A stretch of 27,444 nucleotides of DNA from Elusimicrobiota bacterium (GCA_031259485.1 JAIRLH010000096.1:1-27444); one strand, 5' to 3'; numbered from the stretch's first letter, positions 1 through 8,241 are shown. A program made the numbers and translations. Notes: generated by a model from the sequence alone, not told the origin.

Positions 1-110
1 ATTGCGATGCCGGATTACACTTGTCCGGCCGAAGTAATCCAGAATAAAACAAATGCTTTAAGATTTACGGCCTTGGATTGACGCCGACAAAAGCAGTCGG
101 CCCGCAATGA
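1..110. repeat. GTCAT-type REP-like doublet (BIME-like), left end truncated by the window edge
   Basis: Left unit ATTGCGA-GCCGGA/TCCGGC hairpin-GTAATCCAG (1-42). Right unit GGATTG-GCCGAC/GTCGGC hairpin-CGCAATGA (75-110). ATTGCG (1-6) and CGCAAT (103-108) are inverted termini. Confidence 0.55.
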
Positions 111-120
111 AAACATCATT

Positions 121-150
121 TCTCTCGCTCCTTGTGGGAGAGGGCGAGGG
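121..150. repeat. Degenerate CCCTCTCCC/GGGAGAGGG-type REP-like palindrome
   Basis: TCTCTCGCTCCTTGTGGGAGAGGGCGAGGG resembles the widespread CCCTCTCCC-N-GGGAGAGGG-N-GAGGG intergenic repeat (pattern recognition only). Confidence 0.4.
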
Positions 151-177
151 ATATAATCGGCTTAAAAAAATTTGATA

Positions 178-379
178 CTGTTTTTGGAAATCCGAAAGGA
201 TACGGTTTTGCGAAAGCAAAACAATAGTCAAACCAAAAACAGCTCGTTATTAGGCGTAAAGTATTGGGCATAATTACCCCGATACTTTACGCCGAGCGTT
301 TGCCGCCGAAAGGCGGCAAACCACGGCTGTTTGTTTTATGCGTTTGACTATTCATAAAACATATCAGCCGTTTTTGTTT
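178..379 (+). ncRNA. Candidate structured RNA / cis-regulatory leader of unknown family (copy A, complete)
   Basis: P1 178-187/233-242 (10 bp). P2 190-201, P3 205-222 and P5 298-321 have GAAA loops. P4 253-268/278-293. P6 323-340/353-371, whose loop 342-352 is complementary to 223-233. A U-tract follows at 371-379. A homologous diverged copy lies at 13584-13735. Confidence 0.55.
323..379 (+). terminator. Intrinsic-terminator-like hairpin (P6 of the structured element) 30 nt upstream of the pilin start
   Basis: ACGGCTG..GTTTTATG / CATAAAAC..CAGCCGT followed by TTTTGTTT. Confidence 0.45.
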
Positions 380-409
380 ATAAAAATTAAAAATAACGAG
401 GTATAATGT

Positions 410-892
410 ATGAAAAGTAAAAAAGGCTTCACGCTGGTTGAATTGCTTGTTGTTGTATTAATTATTGGTATTCTTGCGGCCATTGCTTTGCCGCAATATC
501 AAAAAGCCGTCGCAAGGACGCGCATGGCAGAATTATTCGCCTTTGTTAATATTTTTCGCAATGCGCAGGAAGAATATTATCTTATTAATGGAACTTATAC
601 GGCTGATTTTAACAAACTATATATTGACGGCTGGGAAATTGAAAACGGGATGTACAAGTTAGGTAAAAAATGGGCGGGTATGGTTGTTACAGAAAACGGG
701 GATCATTACTACGCGCAAGTCGGCATTTTAGGAAACCCTGTTCCTTATCTGGAATTTAGGCCAAGGGTAGGATATGTAGAATGTTTAATTGGAGGCGATA
801 TATCATCTCAAGACCGCCACCGTAAAATTTGTCAAATGTACACTTCAAAAACCAGGCCGGACAATGATAGATATTATATCATAGACTTCTAA
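410..892 (+). CDS. Type IV pilin-like protein (PilE-like, N-methylphenylalanine prepilin)
   Basis: Class III signal MKSKKG|FTLVELLVVVLIIGILAAIALPQY with E5, a C-terminal Cys pair, and RBS GAGG upstream. Confidence 0.92.
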   Translation: MKSKKGFTLVELLVVVLIIGILAAIALPQYQKAVARTRMAELFAFVNIFRNAQEEYYLINGTYTADFNKLYIDGWEIENGMYKLGKKWAGMVVTENGDHYYAQVGILGNPVPYLEFRPRVGYVECLIGGDISSQDRHRKICQMYTSKTRPDNDRYYIIDF

Positions 893-966
893 AATTTAAT
901 AGTTAAATAAGATTTTAAAAATAAGTTTGCAATCTTTAGGCCTAAAATATTCTTCTTTATCCGTTA

Positions 967-1075
967 AAGCTTTACAAGTTTGTCGTTCTAAACCTAAAAA
1001 CTTGAGGTCAGCCTCAACAAAGCCTGAGTCTTGATTATAGCGGGCAAAGTTCTTATCAATGGCCAAGCTGAAAAA
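967..1075 (+). pseudogene. Decayed S4 RNA-binding domain fragment, TlyA/FtsJ-methyltransferase N-terminus-like
   Basis: Reads KLYKFVVLNLK / LEVSLNKA*VLIIAGKVLINGQAEK across one frameshift (~1000) and a TGA at 1025-1027. This resembles the S4 pattern LDKxLV..SRxKAxxLIxAGxVxVNG. Confidence 0.45.
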
Positions 1076-1124
1076 ACAACCCTGTTCCTAAGCGTAGCGT
1101 CGTGGCTTTGTGCTGTCGCTGGCA

Positions 1125-1153
1125 GCCTTTAACTATTATTTAAAGGCATTTTT
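1125..1153 (+). terminator. Weak terminator-like hairpin
   Basis: GCCTTTAA (1125-1132) / TTAAAGGC (1140-1147) followed by ATTTTT. Confidence 0.3.
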
Positions 1154-1163
1154 CCTAAATTTA

Positions 1164-1192
1164 TTGTAGAATACATTATATAGTGGTATATT
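1164..1192 (+). promoter_or_regulatory. Sigma70-type promoter for the MntP-like gene
   Basis: TTGTAG, 17-nt spacer, TATATT with an extended -10 TG; RBS GAGGG at 1202-1206 and ATG at 1216. Confidence 0.55.
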
Positions 1193-1215
1193 ATTCAATG
1201 CGAGGGATACAAAGC

Positions 1216-1791
1216 ATGTCCATAATATGGCTGATTATAATTTTATTGTGTATTTCGGTCGGGTGTTTTGCAATAGGCGCCGTCTCCGGCAGCAAACTGG
1301 GCAGCGCTTACGGCAATAATGTCACTTTAAAAACTTCTTTTGTTTTCGTAGTGGCAAACCTCATCTCCCTTTCGCTTAGCTTTATCGTGGGCAAACTGCT
1401 TTATAACTGGTACGGCGGCCTGACGCAGTGGCTGGCTTTTATAATGTTGTTTATCATAGGCATAAGGTTGCTTTTGGAATCTATTGAGCGCTCTCCCAGC
1501 CTTAATTATACGGATATAGTACAGAGCAATTATCTCGTGCGCGTGGCGGTACAGGCCAGCGTGGATTCTTTTATGTTCGGCTTCACTCTGGCCTTATTCT
1601 TCGGGGACAGGATAGAAATTTTCCTGCTCGCTCTTTTGCTTTCCGCGGTGTTTAATTTCTTTATGACGATTTTCGGCCTTTCGCACGGGCACGCTTTCCC
1701 CAAAACGCTGCTTGGCAAAAGGCTTGAGCGCGCGGCCGGAGCCATTGCCGTCATCGCCGCCGTAAACATGCTTTTTAAGATTAATGGGTAA
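1216..1791 (+). CDS. mntP: Manganese efflux pump MntP (YebN/DUF204) family membrane protein, divergent
   Basis: About six hydrophobic segments, two repeats (SVGCFAIG and ASVDSFMFG), C-terminal LGKRLERAAGAI. Start moved from 1183 to the ATG at 1216 because of the RBS and promoter. Confidence 0.7.
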   Translation: MSIIWLIIILLCISVGCFAIGAVSGSKLGSAYGNNVTLKTSFVFVVANLISLSLSFIVGKLLYNWYGGLTQWLAFIMLFIIGIRLLLESIERSPSLNYTDIVQSNYLVRVAVQASVDSFMFGFTLALFFGDRIEIFLLALLLSAVFNFFMTIFGLSHGHAFPKTLLGKRLERAAGAIAVIAAVNMLFKING

Positions 1792-1810
1792 AAAGTCTCC
1801 GTACAAAACA

Positions 1811-1843
1811 ATAAAAAACGCTGCGGTTTGCAGCGTTTTTTAT
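1811..1843. terminator. Bidirectional intrinsic terminator
   Basis: ATAAAAAACGCTGC-GGTTT-GCAGCGTTTTTTAT, a 14-bp perfect stem with A and T tracts. Confidence 0.75.
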
Positions 1844-1859
1844 CAGAGGCGATAATATT

Positions 1860-2405
1860 ATGCAAACAGTATCCGCAAACCTGCCGCTCAAAAAAATTCT
1901 CATCAGCGAAGAGCAGATAATCCGCAGGGTCAAAGAGCTCGGCGCGCAGATTTCAAAAGATTACGAGGGCAAAACGCCGCTGTTTGTCTGTGTTTTGCGC
2001 GGTTCGGCCATATTTTACGCCGAGCTTGTCAAAAATATAAACACGGACTGTCATCTTGATTTTATGTGCCTGTGCTCTTACAGCGGCACGTGCTCCAGCG
2101 GCAAAGTGCGCTTTATGCTTGATTTGCGCGAGGACATAAAAAACCGCCATGTAATCATAGTGGAAGATATTATAGACACCGGCACAACGGCTAAATATAT
2201 CACGGACTTGCTGAGCACGCGCGGCCCGGCCTCGGTTGAGCTTTGTACGCTTTTGGACAAGCCTTCAAACCGCGAAGCCGCTGTGAAGCCCAGATATTGC
2301 GGATTCACGATAGAAAATGAGTTTGTCGTAGGCTACGGTCTTGATTATAATGAGCTTTACCGTAATTTACCTTTTATAGGAGTTTTTGATGAAAGTAAAC
2401 AATAA
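1860..2405 (+). CDS. hpt: Hypoxanthine phosphoribosyltransferase
   Basis: PRPP-binding VIIVEDIIDTGTT, LLDKP, FVVGYGLDYNELYRNLP. Confidence 0.96.
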   Translation: MQTVSANLPLKKILISEEQIIRRVKELGAQISKDYEGKTPLFVCVLRGSAIFYAELVKNINTDCHLDFMCLCSYSGTCSSGKVRFMLDLREDIKNRHVIIVEDIIDTGTTAKYITDLLSTRGPASVELCTLLDKPSNREAAVKPRYCGFTIENEFVVGYGLDYNELYRNLPFIGVFDESKQ

Positions 2406-4317
2406 AAAACCGATACCCCAAATCCCGTGGCGGCAGGTGCTGCTGTGGGTGATAATTTTTATAATGATGGTCTCGCTGTATTCAAAGATGGGCCAGTCCC
2501 AGGCGGCGAAGGATATGGATTATTCCGAATTCCGCGCCAAAATCGCCTCCGGCGATATTTTAAAAGTTTCCGTCGGGCAGGACAGCATTGCCGGCACGTT
2601 TAAGGACGACGGCAAAGAAAGCAAATTCAAAACGCCAAGGATACCGGACGATAACGACCTCGTGAGGGATTTGGTGTCCGCCAAAATCCCCTTTAAGGGC
2701 GAGACGGATAAAAGCTGGATTTACAGCCTTCTCATGAACGTAGGCTGGATAGCCCTGTTTTTTGCGGCGTGGTATTTTTTATTTATCCGCCCGCAGAAGA
2801 GCGACGGCAAAAGCGCGCTTAACTTCGCCAAAAGCAAAGCCAAACTTCAGGACCCGCAGGAGCAAAACATCACTTTTAAAGACGTCGCCGGCGTGGAGGA
2901 AGCTAAAGAAGAAGTGCAGGATATAATAAAATTCCTGCGCAATCCCAAGCATTTCCAGAAACTCGGCGCAAAACTGCCCAAAGGCGTGCTGCTTTACGGC
3001 GCGCCGGGCACGGGCAAAACATTGCTTGCAAAGGCCGTTGCCGGAGAGGCGAAGGTGGCGTTTTTCTCCGCCTCGGCTTCGGAATTCGTGGAGATGTTTG
3101 TAGGCGTCGGCGCGGCTCGCGTCAGGGATTTGTTCAATAACGCCAAAAAGAACGCGCCCGCGATTATTTTTGTAGACGAGCTTGACGCCGTCGGCCGCCG
3201 CCGTTTCGCCGGCATAGGCGGCGGGCACGACGAAAGGGAGCAGACTCTTAACCAACTGCTTATAGAGCTTGACGGCTTTGAATCAAAACAGGGCATACTT
3301 CTTATGGCGTCCACCAACCGGCCCGACGTGCTTGACCCGGCGCTCACTCGCCCCGGGCGTTTTGACCGGCATATCAATATCCCCGCGCCCGACATGAAGG
3401 GCCGCAAAGAAATACTTGAAGTACACGCCAAAAAAGTAAAAATGGCGCAGGACGTTGACCTTGAAACCATAGCCAAAGGCACGCCGGGTTTTGTCGGCGC
3501 GGATTTGGCCAATGTTATAAACGAGGCCGCCATACTCGCCGCGCGCCACGATAAAGAAGCCGTCGGCACGCCGGACATAGAAGAAGCCGTTGAACGCGTG
3601 ATGGCCGGCCCGCAACGCAAGAGCCGCATAATATCGGATAAGGAAAAGCGCGTAATCGCCGCGCATGAAGCCGGACACACCATAATAGCCAAAAAATCAC
3701 AACACAGCGACCCTGTGCACAAAGTTTCCATAATCCCGCGCGGGCCGGCTTTGGGCTATACGCTGCAGCTGCCTCTGGAAGATAAATATCTGGTCAGCAA
3801 AAGCGAAATTCTGGACAGGCTCACAGTCCTGCTCGGCGGCCGAGCGGCCGAGGATATTTTATTCGGGGAGATTACCACAGGCGCGCATGACGACCTTTCG
3901 CGCACCACCGCTTACGCGCGCAAAATGGTGGCCGAGCTCGGCATGAGCGACAAGCTGGGACCTATCTCGGTGCAGACTGACCAGAATGAAGTTTTCCTGG
4001 GTATGGAAATGGGCCGCCACAAAAATTATTCGGAAGATTTAGCCAAGGAAATTGATAATGAAGTGAGCCTGCTTGTAAAAGAATCCTATAACAAAGCCAA
4101 AGAAATCCTGCGCGCCAACAAAACCGCGCTGGAGACGCTTATTGCCCGCCTTATAGAAAAAGAAGTGGTTGAAGCCGCAGAAATTGACGAAATTTTGGGC
4201 ATAAAAAAAGAAGACAAAAAAACCGACAGCGCGGATATAAAGCTGGAGCAGTCTCCCGTCTGCGGCCCTGCGGGCGTGCAAAGGCTTGATAAGGAGCAGG
4301 GAGAAGCCAATGACTAA
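2389..4317 (+). CDS. ftsH: ATP-dependent zinc metalloprotease FtsH
   Basis: Two N-terminal TM segments, Walker A GAPGTGKT, Walker [36 protein letters not shown] zinc motif; AGGAG RBS before the ATG at 2389. Confidence 0.98.
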   Translation: MKVNNKKPIPQIPWRQVLLWVIIFIMMVSLYSKMGQSQAAKDMDYSEFRAKIASGDILKVSVGQDSIAGTFKDDGKESKFKTPRIPDDNDLVRDLVSAKIPFKGETDKSWIYSLLMNVGWIALFFAAWYFLFIRPQKSDGKSALNFAKSKAKLQDPQEQNITFKDVAGVEEAKEEVQDIIKFLRNPKHFQKLGAKLPKGVLLYGAPGTGKTLLAKAVAGEAKVAFFSASASEFVEMFVGVGAARVRDLFNNAKKNAPAIIFVDELDAVGRRRFAGIGGGHDEREQTLNQLLIELDGFESKQGILLMASTNRPDVLDPALTRPGRFDRHINIPAPDMKGRKEILEVHAKKVKMAQDVDLETIAKGTPGFVGADLANVINEAAILAARHDKEAVGTPDIEEAVERVMAGPQRKSRIISDKEKRVIAAHEAGHTIIAKKSQHSDPVHKVSIIPRGPALGYTLQLPLEDKYLVSKSEILDRLTVLLGGRAAEDILFGEITTGAHDDLSRTTAYARKMVAELGMSDKLGPISVQTDQNEVFLGMEMGRHKNYSEDLAKEIDNEVSLLVKESYNKAKEILRANKTALETLIARLIEKEVVEAAEIDEILGIKKEDKKTDSADIKLEQSPVCGPAGVQRLDKEQGEAND

Positions 4318-5662
4318 ATACTTCGGCACTGACGGAATACGCGCCAAAGTCGGGGACTTTCCGCTTACCGAAGATTTTGTGATAAAGCTGGGCTACTGCG
4401 CTTTGCTTGAACTCCAAAAACACGGCGACGCGCAAGACCGCGCCAGAACCGTAATTATAGCCGAGGACTCCCGCCAAAGCGGCCCGCGGTTGGCGCAGTA
4501 TCTGTCGCGCGGCATAACGGCGGCGGGTTTTGATGTGTTGCACGTCGGTATAGCGCCCACGCCGGCGGTTGCCTTTCTCACTCATAAAAAAAACGCGGTG
4601 TGCGGAATTGTGATTTCAGCCAGCCACAATCCGGCCGAGTTTAACGGTATAAAATTCTTCTCCCACACGGGCAAAAAACTTATCGAGGATATTAAAAGCC
4701 TGAGAGACACCGCAGTGGAAAATACGTCGCAAATCCCGGCGCCTGCGCCGCACGCGAAGGTAGTAAAAGACGCCGCGCTATTGTCTGAATATACTGATTT
4801 CTTAAAATCAACAGTCCCCGCCGGCATAAGTTTTAAAGGCATTAAAGCCGTGCTTGACTGCGCCAACGGCGCAAGCTATAAAACCGCGCCGCAGATTTTC
4901 AGGGAGCTGGGGGTAGAAACCATCGTGATAAACGATAAGCCCGACGGAGTCAATATCAACGATAACGCCGGCGCGCTGCACACGGAAGGAATGCAAAAAG
5001 CGGTTGCGGAAAACAAGGCTTTTATAGGCTTCTCCTTTGACGGCGACGCGGACAGGCTTATAGCCGCCGATGAAGAAGGCGGACAGCTTGACGGCGACGA
5101 TATTATGGCCGCCGCGGCGCTGCATCTCAAAAAACAAGGCAGACTGAGAGGCGGCAAAATCGCTCTGACTGTTATGACCAATCTGGGCCTTATAAACTAT
5201 CTCAAACAAAACGGCGTGGAGCCGGTGCTTACCGCGGTGGGCGATAAATATGTTTTTGAAGCGCTGGAAAAAGAAGATTTGTCGCTTGGCGGGGAGACTT
5301 CGGGCCACATCATATTCAGAGACATTCTTGGCACGGGCGACGGTACTTTGTGCGCTTTGCAGCTTTTGGCGATAGTTATTGCATCTGGCCATAAGCCCAG
5401 CTGGTTAAAAAAGCAGTGGAGCAAATATCCCTTAAAACTGATACCCGTAAAAGTATCGCGGAAGCCGCCGCTTGAAAGCGTGCCAGGGTTTGTTGGCTAC
5501 ATCGGGCAGCTTGAAGATCAAATGGGTACGCGCGGCCGTATTTTTGCGCGTTACAGCGGTACGGAGCCGCTACTGCGCATACTTGTAGAAGGCGAGGATA
5601 AAACCCAGGTGGAAGATTTTGCGCAGAAAGTTGCGGATTTTTACATACAAAAAACAAAATAA
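4310..5662 (+). CDS. glmM: Phosphoglucosamine mutase
   Basis: [16 protein letters not shown] phosphoserine motif, DGDADR metal loop, GGETSGH, RYSGTEPLLR; the ATG at 4310 overlaps the ftsH end. Confidence 0.96.
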   Translation: MTKYFGTDGIRAKVGDFPLTEDFVIKLGYCALLELQKHGDAQDRARTVIIAEDSRQSGPRLAQYLSRGITAAGFDVLHVGIAPTPAVAFLTHKKNAVCGIVISASHNPAEFNGIKFFSHTGKKLIEDIKSLRDTAVENTSQIPAPAPHAKVVKDAALLSEYTDFLKSTVPAGISFKGIKAVLDCANGASYKTAPQIFRELGVETIVINDKPDGVNINDNAGALHTEGMQKAVAENKAFIGFSFDGDADRLIAADEEGGQLDGDDIMAAAALHLKKQGRLRGGKIALTVMTNLGLINYLKQNGVEPVLTAVGDKYVFEALEKEDLSLGGETSGHIIFRDILGTGDGTLCALQLLAIVIASGHKPSWLKKQWSKYPLKLIPVKVSRKPPLESVPGFVGYIGQLEDQMGTRGRIFARYSGTEPLLRILVEGEDKTQVEDFAQKVADFYIQKTK

Positions 5663-5682
5663 AATTGCGGAGATGAAAATTT

Positions 5683-6408
5683 ATGACGGTAAAATTAGGC
5701 GTTAACATAGATCATATTGCGACTTTAAGGCAGGCGCGCGGCGGCAATGCGCCCGACCCTTTCGCAGCGGCTGAAGCCTGCCTCGCGCTGGGCGCGCGGT
5801 ACATTGTGCTCCATATACGCCGCGACAGACGCCACGTACAGGAAAGCGATTTAGAAAGGCTTACAAAAAAATACCGTCCTCATATACATCTTGAAATGGC
5901 CAATACAAAAGAAATGGTGGATATGGCGCTCAAATACAAACCCGGCTCCGTCTGCTTCGTGCCGGAATATCCTAACGAGCTTACCACCTCCGGCGGCTTA
6001 AAACTGGACGATAAAAATATCGCCCTGCTGCGCTCGGCCGCGGCAAGGCTTAAAAAATCGGACATAGAAGTAAGTCTCTTCATAAATCCAACCGCGAATG
6101 ATGTCCGCAGAGCCAAAAAGGCCGGTGCGGCTATAGTTGAACTTTGCACCAAAGATTACAGCGAAGCTAAGACTGAGCGCCAAAGGCTTAAGCTGCTGGA
6201 AGATATTTCAATGTCCTCAATTCTCGCTAAAGAAATAGGCCTGAGCGTGCACAGCGGGCACGGACTTACTACGGATAATGTCGGCGCCGTTGCCGCCGTC
6301 AACGGCATGGAATGCCTTAATATCGGCTTTTCAATAATAGCGCGGGCGGTAATTTCCGGCCTGCCGCAGGCCGTGCTTGAAATGAAGCAGGCAATAAACG
6401 CGCGCTGA
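5683..6408 (+). CDS. pdxJ: Pyridoxine 5'-phosphate synthase
   Basis: LGVNIDHIATLRQAR, H-x-R-x-DRRH, LEMA, VPE..TTSGGL, GHGL, LNIG. Confidence 0.95.
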   Translation: MTVKLGVNIDHIATLRQARGGNAPDPFAAAEACLALGARYIVLHIRRDRRHVQESDLERLTKKYRPHIHLEMANTKEMVDMALKYKPGSVCFVPEYPNELTTSGGLKLDDKNIALLRSAAARLKKSDIEVSLFINPTANDVRRAKKAGAAIVELCTKDYSEAKTERQRLKLLEDISMSSILAKEIGLSVHSGHGLTTDNVGAVAAVNGMECLNIGFSIIARAVISGLPQAVLEMKQAINAR

Positions 6409-6441
6409 CTGCGGGCGGGATTAGGAGCGTAATACAACCCT

Positions 6442-8241
6442 ATGTGCGGCATAATAGCCTACAGCGGCGGCAGAAACGGCGCCGCTCTCATAATAGATGG
6501 GCTTAAAAAACTTGAATACCGCGGATATGATTCCGCCGGTTTGGCTTACGGCGCGTACGGTAAAATAAATATTTTGAAAGCCGTGGGTAAAGTCAATAAT
6601 CTTGAAGAGTTGGTTTTAAAAAACAAAGTAAATTCCGCCTGCCTCATAGGACACACGCGCTGGGCCACGCACGGCAAACCCTCTAAGGAAAATTCGCACC
6701 CGCACACGGGCCAGCCGGGCGCCGTTGCGCTTGTGCATAACGGCATAATAGAAAATTATCTTGAGCTTAAACAGAAGTTAACCGCCAAAGGACACAAATT
6801 CAAATCGCAAACGGACAGCGAAGTCGCGGCCCATCTGATAGAAGAGAATCTTAAAAGAACTCTTTCCTTTCCCGCCGCTTTTGAAGCCGCTGTAAAGCAG
6901 CTTAAAGGCGCGTACGCTCTGGTTGCCATGTATAATAGAGAGCCGGGCGTTCTTATGGCCGCCAAAAAACAAAGTCCGCTTGTGCTTGGCATAGGCAAAG
7001 GCGAATACTTTTTGGCTTCCGACGTGCCGGCCTTTTTACAGCATACTAAGAGGGCCGTTTTTCTGGAGGACGGGGATATCGCCTGCATAATCCCGCGCGG
7101 CTATAAAATAACCGCCGCGGACGGCGGGCCCGCAAAGCGCAAAATCCATACTATCGCTTGGGATAATACAAGCGCGCAAAAATGCGGCTATAAACACTTC
7201 ATGCTCAAGGAAATTTTTGACCAGCCGCAGGCCGTTGAAGATACCTTGAGAACATTGCCTAATGACATCAAAAAATCTTTCGGTATATCGGCGCGGCGCG
7301 CAAAAGAAATAAAGGGGATTTATCTTGTCGCATGCGGCACGGCTTACCATGCGGCGCTGGCAGCAAAATATTTTTTGGAGCATTTTGCCAAACTGCCCGT
7401 GGAAGCCGACACGGCTTCGGAATTTAAATACCGCGACGTAAATTTCCAGAAAGACTGGCTTTTCTGCGCGGTATCGCAATCGGGCGAGACGGCGGATACT
7501 CTTGCCGCGCTGCTCAATGCTAAAAAGGCGGGGCTGCGCACGCTGGGAGTGTGCAATGTGCTGGGCTCGGCCATTACGCGGGCGAGCGATTTCACTGTTT
7601 ACACGCGCTGCGGGCCGGAAATCAGCGTGGCTTCCACCAAGGCTTTTACCTCTCAACTCACGGTGCTTTACGCGCTGTCGCTGCAGCTTGGTTTTGCCCG
7701 TGGCGCGCTGTCCAAGCCGCAGTTTAACGAGCTTTATAAAGAACTGTTGCGCCTGCCCGCGCTGCTTGCCGCCGCACTCAAGAAGCAGGAACAGGTCAAG
7801 AAAACCGCGCGCGGTATTTTCAGGAAAAAATCTTTTATTTTCCTCGGCCGCAATGCGTGCTTTCCGCTCGCGCTGGAAGGCGCGCTGAAACTCAAGGAAG
7901 TTTCTTATTTACATGCGGAGGGTTTTCCGGCGGGCGAAATTAAACACGGCCCCATAGCAGTGATAGAACGCGGCACGCCTGTATTCGCGCTTGCGCCCAA
8001 AGGATTTCTGGAGGGGAAAATACTTTCTTCCTGTCAGGAAGTCTCCGCGCGCGGCGCAATGCTTATACTGCTCACAAACGACGCGGCGCAAAACGGTCTT
8101 TTGCTGCCGCGCGTAAGCGAATATCTTTTCCCCGTCATAGCGGCCGTGCCGCTGCAACTATTTGCCTACTATATAGCGGCTTTCAACGGGTGCGATATTG
8201 ACCGCCCCCGCAACCTTGCCAAGAGCGTCACGGTGGAATGA
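6442..8241 (+). CDS. glmS: Glutamine-fructose-6-phosphate aminotransferase
   Basis: N-terminal MCGI (catalytic Cys), LEYRGYDSAG, GHTRWATHG, SQSGETADT, EGALKLKE, PRNLAKSVTVE. Confidence 0.98.
   Translation: MCGIIAYSGGRNGAALIIDGLKKLEYRGYDSAGLAYGAYGKINILKAVGKVNNLEELVLKNKVNSACLIGHTRWATHGKPSKENSHPHTGQPGAVALVHNGIIENYLELKQKLTAKGHKFKSQTDSEVAAHLIEENLKRTLSFPAAFEAAVKQLKGAYALVAMYNREPGVLMAAKKQSPLVLGIGKGEYFLASDVPAFLQHTKRAVFLEDGDIACIIPRGYKITAADGGPAKRKIHTIAWDNTSAQKCGYKHFMLKEIFDQPQAVEDTLRTLPNDIKKSFGISARRAKEIKGIYLVACGTAYHAALAAKYFLEHFAKLPVEADTASEFKYRDVNFQKDWLFCAVSQSGETADTLAALLNAKKAGLRTLGVCNVLGSAITRASDFTVYTRCGPEISVASTKAFTSQLTVLYALSLQLGFARGALSKPQFNELYKELLRLPALLAAALKKQEQVKKTARGIFRKKSFIFLGRNACFPLALEGALKLKEVSYLHAEGFPAGEIKHGPIAVIERGTPVFALAPKGFLEGKILSSCQEVSARGAMLILLTNDAAQNGLLLPRVSEYLFPVIAAVPLQLFAYYIAAFNGCDIDRPRNLAKSVTVE

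Noticed and set aside
136-150. G-quadruplex upstream of the pilin, as at Neisseria pilE
   Set aside because: Only three GGG tracts are present (GGGAGAGGGCGAGGG), and the segment is part of a REP-like palindrome.
188-210. AATCC-GAAA-GGATACGG resembling the 5' part of a c-di-AMP (ydaO) riboswitch
   Set aside because: The following GGGGAACC/GGGGAC and 3' CCCGUCAGCUAACC-type motifs are absent, and copy B does not share the sequence.
223-352. TAGTC/GACTA pair resembling group I intron P7 (R/S elements)
   Set aside because: The order is wrong on both strands (TAGTC precedes GACTA), there are no P/Q elements, and no host gene is interrupted.
178-379. CRISPR repeat, tracrRNA or retron/DGR interpretation of the hairpin element
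   Set aside because: There is no repeat-spacer periodicity and no cas, tnpB/iscB or reverse transcriptase gene in the window.
1091-1132. yybP-ykoY Mn riboswitch upstream of mntP (GTAGCGTCG..GGCTTTGT..GCCTTT fragments)
   Set aside because: The 5' AAAGGGGAG strand and the Mn-binding loop are missing, and a good promoter lies downstream of the segment.
6409-6441. glmS ribozyme
   Set aside because: The intergenic gap is only 33 nt and lacks the ribozyme core.
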